DNA of 64,000 nucleotides. Origin: Octopus sinensis. Taxonomy: Eukaryota. Location of the stretch: NCBI RefSeq assembly GCF_006345805.1, contig NC_043012.1, forward strand, positions 45,880,001 to 45,944,000, in the 5' to 3' direction. The translations under genes and the position numbers were made by a program. Each line of letters starts with the position of its first letter. Positions within the stretch are counted from its first letter, which is position 1. Below, piece after piece: positions 53,843 through 64,000 of this stretch. The notes below the pieces were generated by a model, which saw only the letters and a program-made list of their open reading frames with translations, did not search any database and was not told where the DNA came from.

Positions 53843-56100
53843 TAAACATATGTTTTTAAAGTGATTGTTAATTTACATCTTATCTGAGAAACATATCGTA
53901 TGTAAATGTATATTGTGCTAATTTAGCATATGTAAATGTAATATATTTAAATTAAGTAATTCTAAATGAAGTATATGTAAATGCATCATATGAATTTATT
54001 CATTAGTTGAATTTCTGTTTTAAGTGGAACACAATGTTTTCCTGAAGAAGTTTAGTGTACGTTTAATTCTTCAGTTATTTTATAGATACATTTATTATAC
54101 AAGTTCTTCCTATCTAAATGATGCTTCCTTCCACCTTTTTAAAAATCAAAATATTTTATATTTCTATTCAACTTAATTTGATTTCTAGATTTTAAGAGGT
54201 TATAAGCCAATTCCTGCGTGGATAAAACCATCGAGAATTTAGGCTGAAATATACGTTTTACTGTTCGATTTACCATGAGAAGTGGGAAGTATATATGCCA
54301 TTAGATATTATCTCTTTTAAAAACGTTTTTTCAATAGTTTGTTAATCACATTCTTAGCGTGGAAACTCGAAAATAAAAATGGAAATCTGCGTGTTCTGAT
54401 AATTTTTTTTTATCAGTAATCGTTTTAAACGTATTAGAAATTCTTATAAAATATGCTTGAAATTTTTATTGCATTTTCATATATTTATAGATTATCAGTA
54501 TTCTCCATAAATATTATTATATTTTAAATGCTTCTTCGCCAATGTGTTTCTTATGTATATAAACGCGGTTCTGGTACATTACTTCTTATACAGAAAAAAT
54601 GCTAATGACTGTGACTTCGGAGTTTCCCAAATCGTAACTTCGTAAAATTGTTTGAACAAGCTAGTGAAGTCGCCGTAAATTATATTGTATGAAATGTTTT
54701 TTGTCTGCAAACTACAAATATATGGCACTCAAAATTAACTCATAACAAGCGAATAAACGGCCACAATACAGATATTTCGTCAGTGGATACGTAAAAGAAA
54801 AACAAATCCTAATATAATCTGTTACTGCGATGTTTTTTTTTTCTAGCTTAATATGGGAGGCTATGGATTATCGACATTGTCCAAGTAGGTGGGACATCGT
54901 TTTGAATATATATTTGGGACTTAATTGGCATGTTGAATCTTAATTAACATTTTAAAAATCAGGATCAGTTCTCTTATAAACAAATTGTTGAAGAGATGCA
55001 TCCCAACTGTAATCCTCCGTGTTTTGTTTTGGAACTACATCATCCATTCTGTTATTCTTCTTCTTGATCTGATAGAATGTACTTTCAAGGAGATCTTGCA
55101 GAGAATTCTAACAAGTCAACAGATCCCAGTATTGCTTTCTACTTTGTTCATTTTAATACATCATCGCGCCATTATTTTGCAATATTTGTATAAAGATTTT
55201 AGTTCTAGATATATAAGAGTAATTAAATAATGCCAGGTGATAACATTCTTAGCAAATCTTCTAACAGTCAATGATCTGTGGTGGCATTTCTGTACATTAT
55301 TTCAACCTGGGAAGTATATCGTAATGTTTTGAAATAAATATTGGTCTGCATTTATATAATCGTTTATAGTTCGGTGGGATGTGGCAAGAATCATATTTAA
55401 AAAATATTTTCGGATATTGGCTTCAAAGCATATATTACCTATATCACGACTAGTGTGATTACATCTACTCGGGAGTAAAAGATAATATTATATTAGCATA
55501 ATGATTCAGGCATTTATTTTTATTATTATAAAGGATTAAAGTAAAGCTACCTGTTACTAAGTGTAAAACTAAGAATCTTATGCTCCTCAGTATCTAAGCT
55601 GCTATCTGGTAGCTATTCGGCAGAGCCATTAGTCCATTCATCGTATTTACTCTGTCATGTAACTTGATCGACCACGCCACTTCTATATTCCTTGAAACTC
55701 CAAGCCTGCCTTTCAAACATTAGAAACACAGTTGGCATGTTCTTTAGCTGCAAAAGACACAGCACGGGGCACTCACTTCGCAACAGTGTATATAACCATC
55801 GATATAAAGATCCAATTAAACGACCATCTCTTGGGAACACTTCATCATCGAACACTCGGTCGATCAAAGATTCTCCTTTTTTCATGTCTTGTATATTTAA
55901 GTGTAGAGTCTTTGCTACGAATTATAGAGATGAAATTGAATCACAAGAGCCGTATTGGCATGCGTGGACTGTGATAACGTCGGAACCTTCGTATATAGAA
56001 GTGATCCACATTATTCTTAAAGAGTAGTAAGCATGTACAGAGGCCATAAACTGATACATCTTTGAGTTTGTAGCTAGATATGTGGCGAGACTAGACTATG
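53200..56100 (-). pseudogene. Possible TLR-like pseudogene, heavily decayed and interrupted by microsatellites
   Basis: Shares nucleotide words with the 7760-8800 LRR block (exact 18-mer at 55342-55359); FPG*NNVQ; TIR-like GC*RLRMEFCV..EE*ENLV at about 53280-53390. Confidence 0.3.
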
Positions 56101-56274
56101 TTAATCAACGGTGATTACTTTCGTTTGCGCGGAGGCCTGATGAAATTATTCGAAGTTTGAACCACATCTCCAGATATTTTTTCGGGCTTTTTTCTTCCGC
56201 CGAAGTCAGCTCGATGACATAAGTACCAGTAGTGTACTGGGTATGGATGTTTTCGAGTAAACCCCACCCACAAC

Positions 56275-56465
56275 ATTTCACTTGACAACCGATGCTGGTG
56301 TGTTTACATCCCCTTAACTTAGCGTTTCGGCAAAAAAAGCTCGATAGAATAAGTTCTAGGCTTACAAAGAATAACCCTGTGGTCCATTTGTTCGACTAAA
56401 GGCAGAGCTCCAGCATGGCCGCAGTCAAAACGACTGAAACAAATAAAAGAGTAAAATAGACAAAA
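56275..56465 (+). mobile_element. SINE family A, 3' half (a degenerate family-B piece lies just upstream at 56195-56250)
   Basis: cttgacaaccgatgctggtgtgtttac..cttagcg.ttcggcaaa..ctccagcatggccgcagtcaaa..aaaagagtaaaa. Confidence 0.85.
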
Positions 56466-56533
56466 ACCAACCCGATGTCCTGGCCGTCTGTATACACACA
56501 TATATATATATATATATAATATATATATATATA

Positions 56534-56634
<101 letters not shown>

Positions 56635-57000
56635 CTTATTACTATTTCGTTTCATTCCATTTATACACTTCCATTTTAAAGACAGGGACAAATCAGTACC
56701 AGTAATCTACTTGTTCATTGATAACCGTGGTATATTGATTTGCCACCACCATAGAATGCCAATATATCGTACAGTGTGATATCAAGCGCATTATGTAAGA
56801 GTTTCTAGAAATGTAACCATTAAGCAATTGAAAATTGTATTGCTTATTTTCAGATTTTTACTTGCGTTGATATTCACAACTATATCTTCTTTGCGAACAT
56901 CCATCTATTTACGCATCTCTCTCCCCCATAATATATTACACGCATGAAAACACATATGTCTGTGTATGCGATTTTGTTCACGCGTAGACATATTTATACA

Positions 57001-57052
<52 letters not shown>

Positions 57053-57389
57053 TGTATGTATAAATATGACTACTCACAAACATACCTGTATACATACATA
57101 TATATATACATATATATATGTATATATATATATATATATGCACATATATACATCCATATATACACACATATATATACATATAGATACATACACACACATA
57201 TATATATTTATATACATATATAAATATATGTACACTCCTTCCACCCGCACACACACACACACACGCACACACACGCACACATACATATTTATATTTATAT
57301 AAAACGTTCAGTTTCCTAACCGACGCTATTTTTATGAAGCCCCCCACCCAATGTGTATTGTCTGCCTTCATCTCGTGTATCACATACAT

Positions 57390-58350
57390 CTACCGAAATA
57401 GAAAATTATATGCTATAGCAACGTTATTGAAAACTAATGTTACGATTCCCCATCGATGTAAGACCAACAGAAGATCAAAGAACATAGTGTTGGGTTGATA
57501 GAAGATAGGAGAGAGCGACCGAGAGATACGCGGATAGAGACCTATAGAAAGGAAGGGGTGTATATTATTGTATGAATAAGGAAGTGTTGAAATGACACAG
57601 AGAGAAATGAAAATAAGAGTTGAGATAACAAGAGAAAAAGAAGGCAGTCTGTGAGAGTGGGCGCTTGTAATCATTAAATAGCCACATAATTTCATATAGG
57701 AAATAAGAATAAGTGAAAGTGCCAAACGGGTAACAAAGATAGTTGACTATCAAAAAGAGAGAGCTCTGCAGAACAAATGAGAATGAAAATGAGAGAATGT
57801 GGACGGCTAATAGTGAAAAGTGTAATGAATGGAAGATAGAATGTTCGAAAGAAAGAAATAATGGAAATGTGATGGTGTAATCGAACGGGAAAGAAAGTAT
57901 GAGGCGAGAAAAACATAAAACGAGATATATAGTGTTTGATTAAAACACAACAGCTTCTTATTTCCAGAAAACAAAAATTGCAAATATGTAAACAATGAAA
58001 GGGGGACAGGTATTGGAAGGATAGGGTGAAGGAGAAACAATAGTACGGAGTTGGGTGAGGGTAAGTAAAAGACACTGAAATGAAAACAAAATAAACATTG
58101 ATAATGTGAAGTATATGAATGGAAGCGATATTAAAAGGAAAATGTAACGTAAACAGAAAGAAGGCAGTGGGCGAGAGAGAGAGAGAGAGAGAGAGACAAA
58201 GAGAGAGTGTGTGAGAGTAAGTAAAAGAGAGAGAGAGAGGGGGGATAGAATTAAAGAGAGAAAGAATGGCGGTGGCATAGGGAAAAATGGGTGACCATAA
58301 AATCAATATAAACAATGAATGGAGGTAAAGTAAAGTGAGAACGTGCAAAT
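57390..58350 (+). other. About 1 kb purine-skewed (GA-rich) complex tract
   Basis: Strong A/G bias on +; the minus-strand ORFs are F/L/S-rich artefacts of this bias. Confidence 0.6.
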
Positions 58351-59036
58351 GTTAATTTAAAGGTATGTTTTGGAAATAAACTATTGAACTTCGTTCAGAA
58401 TCAATGTTTATTTTATTTTCTATTTTTCAAAGGACTAAATAAACAAAGAAATGAAATGTTTAGAGATTTTTAGTGATATAAATATTAGTAATTATACGTT
58501 ACAGCATATTTATCATCTCAAATAATATTTTCCCAATTTTGATTCTATTCTATCCTATAATTTTTGTATTACATTTTCCAACACTCAAATACGGTGCATT
58601 GAGCCAGATGTCAAAGTGACCTGCGCTGTATTTACGTTATGCATATACATGTGACAGAAACAAACGCGTACTTTGCAAAATAGAATATCCCATTAAAACG
58701 TCAGTTTAACCATCATCATTTTTTATTTTTGTATTTTTCAAAACCCGGTGAATTCTAAATATTCTTAAAATTCCTTATATACACATGGTATTAAATTTTA
58801 CATTGTTTACATGCACACATGTGTGTTCTAAAATCCAAGCTTACGTATTCAAACTGCAGGACACGCTAAATATGTTACATAAATCTATACGCACTCACAT
58901 ATACGGAAAATAGCTTATACGTACAAACATACGTATAGGCAGCCACACGCATACACACACATACACATACATGCACATACAGATTCACACATGCCCATAT
59001 ATGTGTACCTATGTGAATATATGCATATATAAGTAA

Positions 59037-59067
<31 letters not shown>

Positions 59068-59105
59068 CGTGCGTGTATATGTACGTATGTATATATTATA
59101 TATAT

Positions 59106-59152
<47 letters not shown>

Positions 59153-59419
59153 GCAAAATGGGACAAGAACGCAAAACATCCGGACAACTAGGTGATACAA
59201 AAAGGGACAACAAAACATCCAAATAAACGATACAAAGAAGATAAGGACGGGTCATTCGAAGTTTTCTTTCTTCAGTCAAGCACCAGATTATCCTCGCAAT
59301 TTCAGCTGATTATTATATATATATATGTATGTGTGTGTGTGTGTGTGCCTGTGTGTATGTGCACGTGTGAGTGACTCTGTGTGTGTGTATGCGTGTGAGT
59401 GTATAAATTTCTGGTCAAA

Positions 59420-60100
59420 TATATAAATGGATAGAATACTATGGCTATCACAGAAGGCTCACGTGGATTCGACTACCAGACGATGTAGTGACCCAATATA
59501 GAGAAACGTAAAACAGTGTTCTATGAAGAAGTCCAGGAGATCCGATCGATGATGTTATTTCATGAGATTATATAAAACATGAAATATCAATAATGTGTAG
59601 TGAACTCATCTACTTAACCACTAGTTTTCCTTAAGAATACGCCCGTTTCGAAGTCTTTGTCATGTACTAATAATTTCAGAATGTAATAAATTATTACCTA
59701 TATGCACTAGTATGCATGCTACGCACTATACAATTCAGTTGTATTCCCAAATCTTTGCAGATTAAATAGCAAAAAAGGAACGAGCTTCGCAGGCCACCGG
59801 AACATTGTGGTTACACCAAAGCTTACATTAATGATTTTAAACATCATCAAAAGCCTCCCATGAAATTTCAATAGAAATACAGAAACATCTCTAGGTCATA
59901 TCTACCTACAATGAAAAAAAAGCTGAAATGTACTGATGTAGGCACAGATTTCCATATGCCAAAAGGCAGAATTGTATGATACGAGTAGGATTTTTAGTTC
60001 ATAATGTCATGAACATATGTTTTGTATTCCAATTTCAAATGAAATTGCAGTTTGCTAATTTAAAAAATATTGTGAAATTTTAATCCCTAAATAAAAAAGC
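59420..60100 (+). pseudogene. Decayed LRR fragment
   Basis: VFPNLCRL..PKLTLMILNIIKSLP*NF..TSLGHIYLQ* (about 59740-59912). Confidence 0.38.
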
Positions 60101-60174
60101 CTATGGATTATGTGATGATATTAATGTTCTATTAATAATCACATTTAGTCAACCATGTATATTCATTTATTCTT

Positions 60175-60345
60175 TTATCTTTTCACTTGTTTAAGTCATT
60201 TGACTGCGTCCATAATGGAACACCGCTTTGAGGGTTTTCAGTCGAACAAATCGGCATCAGGTCTTATTTTTAAGCCTACTACTTATTCTATGAATCCCTT
60301 TTGTCGAACTGCTAATTTACGGAGACATAAACACACGCTTGCGCC
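60175..60345 (-). mobile_element. SINE family A, 3' half, degenerate
   Basis: cttgtttaagtcatttgactgcg..gtcgaacaaatcg..acttattctat..gaactgctaa..acataaacacac. Confidence 0.7.
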
Positions 60346-61261
60346 ATATTGGTATATTTCAAGGAATATGACTAAATATGCGTCAGTCTTTGTCTATTGT
60401 CTTACATGATTGGAACCGTATTGATTTATTTGAAATAAGCGTTTTTCAAAATGGTCAGTTTATGTGACTGCACCTACTTTTACTTTAAAAATCACGTTTC
60501 ACAATAAGATGAAAATGAAATAAAATATGCGCTAGGACACAGCTTATAACAAACACTTGAGTAGTTTAAAAATATTCAATAACTAACATACAAAAGGTCA
60601 TAGATAATACATGTGAGGCTGAAATTTGAAATGTAGCAGTTATAGGAAGACAGGTCACACTATTTATCCACTCTTAAATTGTAACATTTCAGAATGTATG
60701 AATTTTAATTACAACTGTGATAACATCGTAATTAAATTCTGAATATTAGATACTTATTTTACTTCTCATTTTACTTCATCGGTTCGGTACATTCTGCAAA
60801 AATACCTTCCCTTTTTATTCTCTACTTTACAAAATATTTATACGTGGTGAGTTAGAGATATAGTTGTGAACTCAAAAAAAATTGTGAACCACTAACACCA
60901 GCTGAAAAGAAAACACTTTAAATTTAGAGTGCTGCCAACCTCGGCAGTACAGTCGAAATCGACGTGTGGATAAATATATGAACTCAAAGCTCATTGGATC
61001 CACTGATTGCGCTGTATTTTGGTAACTAGGATAGAAACTAATTACAATTACTACCTTTTATCAACACATTATTTAAGATTAATGTGATGATACAAACGAG
61101 TAAGAATAATCACTTAATGAAAGCTAATTATATACTGTTTCATTAAAACTGATTGAAAACAATACAATTTTATTGTTGACTAGTTGGTTAGTTGCTTTAC
61201 AAAAGAGAGAATATCTCAATTAGAGAGAATCACTGCAACAGGTGAAATACTTGAAGAACAA

Positions 61262-61304
<43 letters not shown>

Positions 61305-61351
61305 ATATATATATATATATACACATATATATATATATATATATATATGTG

Positions 61352-61387
<36 letters not shown>

Positions 61388-61639
61388 CATACACACACAT
61401 GAAGATAAGTATTCGTACCTGTATGCGAGTATATATTAATAAGTGTGTGTACGTGTGTGAGCGTGTGTTTATATATGTGTATATATATAAGAGTTCATAT
61501 ATATGCATGCATATATACAATGTGATTAAAGAAAGATAAGATCTGATATAAGCAAATATATCATTGTATTGATAAAATTGTTCACTCGCTTCACGTTGAC
61601 TAAAAATGTGTTGGAGAAGTCGCCTTGATGCAGTATCAT

Positions 61640-62010
61640 CAAACCATTATAATAGCTTGAAATTCAAAAGATAGGGGCTATAGCCGAAGTTAATCGCAGG
61701 AGGTAGCAACTAAAGCAAGAACTATTTTAAAGGACACATTATTTTAAAAACTTTTTTGTATTTTGTATTTTAGCATGCATGTGTTCGCATGCATCACAAG
61801 AATGAGGTTCCGCAAGTCATCCAAGAAGAATAATAAATGCATAATATTAGTAATCCAAGATAATATTTGAAGAGAAAGACATAGATATTGCATAAATGAC
61901 ACCACGAGAGCAAGTATTGATAACGAGAATAGAATAGCAGAGCAGGTCGTTATCCCACTGACAGGTCGAATGATGCAGACCATTCTACAACCTATTAATC
62001 CCATCACTTC
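61640..62010 (+). pseudogene. Possible TIR remnant, perhaps paired with the 59420-60100 LRRs
   Basis: IGAIAEVN, KARTIL and KCIILVIQDNI in the order of TIR box 2 to C-terminus. Confidence 0.3.
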
Positions 62011-62149
62011 TATATCATGCAATTTTTAGTTTATAATTAACTTCGAACACGCGATACAAAGTTTTTTGATGTAATATACACAATCAGTTAACCTGAATTA
62101 CGGAGTAGTTGCAGCGACAGAAGTGTTCATTGTGATAATGGTTATGGTG

Positions 62150-62169
62150 TTGTTGTTGATGATGAGAAC

Positions 62170-62231
<62 letters not shown>

Positions 62232-62250
62232 CGACGACGACGACGGTGAT
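62150..62250. repeat. (GAT)n/(GAC)n microsatellite
   Basis: Direct reading. Confidence 0.95.
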
Positions 62251-62867
62251 GACAACAGAGATTTTGACAGCGCTGACGTTTGTCGCAATTGTGGCGGAGG
62301 TTCTCATTTAAATTCTGCATCATTGTCTTCCATTATATTTTGCATCATTTCCATTGACGTTACCCCATTCTTTACCATGAGTGACATCACAAACACTTAA
62401 CAGCCTTAACAGGACAAACCTTATGATCACCACCACCATCATAACCACTGCTCCATACCATCACCACTCACTTAAATGCTATCATTGCTATCATGGTTAT
62501 CATCACTACCATCACCAGCGGCACCATCGCATTCAACCCCACCATGTGTAGCATTATCATCGCCGTAATCAGTTTTTCCTTTCTCATTTGCACACCAGTA
62601 CCAATCCCAACAATCCATCACCATTATAGAGACCACTCTCATCCCACTCACCTGACGCATCTCCTATTTACTTGTCCATCTGTTTCATACGACACCAATA
62701 GAAACACAGCTTTTCTGTTTTATATGTCTAATATTTGCCTCATGCTGAAACAAAATGCCTTTTCTTGGAGCCATTGGTCTTCACGAAACTTGTTGAAACT
62801 GAGCCTTGAGTTTTCTATTCTACGTGGCTTCACTGTTTTTCTAAACGAGTAAACTTAGGCCATCTTT

Positions 62868-63205
62868 CAGGCGTGGCTGTGTAGTACGAAGCTTGCTTCT
62901 CCACCGCATGGATCGTGGTTTAATCCCACTGCGTAGCAACTTGGGCAGGTGTCGTCTACGAAAGCCTCGGGCCGACCAGGACCTTGTGAATGGATTTGGT
63001 AGACGGAAACTGAAAGAGGCCGGTCATGTATGTGTGTGTGTGTATGTGGAAGTGTGTCTGTGTTTGTGTGTGTGTGTGCCAGTGTTTGCCCTCCATTACC
63101 ACCCGAAAACCGATGTTGGCGGGTTTTCGTTCAATAACTTAGTGGTTAAAAAGGAATCGATAGAATAAGTACCATGCTTAAAATAAATAAGTGCTGGGGT
63201 CGACT
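62868..63205 (+). mobile_element. SINE family A, near full length
   Basis: Head caggcgtggctgtgtag..cttgggcag..gggccgacc..ccttgtgaatggatttggtagacggaaactgaaag, a GT-rich spacer, then the 3' part ..gatagaataagtacc..ctggggtcgac. Confidence 0.85.
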
Positions 63206-63329
63206 TAAAGTATGTGATGTCATATATGGAGATTGCTTTGTTGATAATAATGTTCGTCCTTCGGTTCGAAGATGACCAACTGACTCAAGCTCATTGAATA
63301 GAAGTACAAGCTGATTGAGAAGTGCTTTT

Positions 63330-64000
63330 GTTGCAGAGGTTCCTGTATGCACCACGTTAGAGTAGGGCTCTGAAGAAGCAAAATGAAAACTGAAATGTAA
63401 AATTCAACAGACTAAGAATATCTGGTATCAGCGGAAACGCGGAGAGCATATAGCTGCCGAGATTTGAAGGCATTATACAAAAGCACGTTTTTTGGCTGAC
63501 AATCTTCAAAATTGGTGCCATTGAGGTCAAGAGATGACTATGTGTTCATCGAAGACCCAGGAACAATCATGAATCAGTGAAGGCTTTAAAGATGTGTGAG
63601 ATAACCGATCTGTTGTTAATGATGTAATTATTAATGAGAAGTGCGCAAAAAGAGATTATGACAGAAATGATGGGTAATCCAACCATTAATGGGATGAGAA
63701 CTAATATCAAAGCCATAAACATAGGAAAAGTTCCAAGTTTGGATGGGACACACGTTGAATTCATTCCCTTTGGAGGAAATAAAGTGGCTATGGCTATGCA
63801 TAGCCGAGTTTTTTCTGCATGGCATGTCAAGTCTGTCCGAAAGACTGGGTATGAATGCATGCTTTCCATTTTCATGGGAAGGTCTCGAATTCTGAATATG
63901 CTGACTGCCGTAATATAAGTCTACTGGAATCGATAGGAAAAGTTTTATGCAACATTTTGCTGAATTTCCTAACAAAATGGTTTCGCCATGGTGTGGATTT
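63330..64000 (+). mobile_element. RTE-type LINE fragment (linker and RT start), running off the window
   Basis: DLKALYK..PLRSRD; NPTI..IKAINIGKVPSLDG..EFIPFGG; CRNISLLESIGKVL. Confidence 0.8.

Noticed and set aside
57692-58348. 218-aa hydrophobic ORF as a membrane protein
   Set aside because: A by-product of the pyrimidine-rich minus strand of the purine tract.

Overview
AT-rich eukaryotic DNA, very probably from an octopus, judged from the recurring octopod-type tRNA-SINE sequences and the extreme (AT)n/(ATGT)n/(AAT)n microsatellite load. I find no intact protein-coding gene; the longer ORFs in the track are microsatellite translations or transposon fragments. Most of the window is decayed mobile DNA: R4/Dong-type, L1/Tx1-type and RTE LINE pieces, several Penelope-like elements (RT + GIY-YIG, some with remnants of minimal hammerhead ribozymes), Tc1/mariner, maT and pogo/Tigger DNA transposons, and at least three SINE families. 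The main unexpected observation is that much of the remaining unique DNA translates, across stops and frameshifts, into LRR-, LRRCT-, transmembrane- and TIR-like motifs at roughly 8-9 separate places on both strands. This suggests a fossil tandem cluster of Toll-like receptor genes shattered by transposons. That call rests on manual translation and motif recognition only and needs profile-HMM confirmation, because AT-rich DNA can mimic LRR composition. All boundaries are by-eye estimates, mostly within tens of bases.
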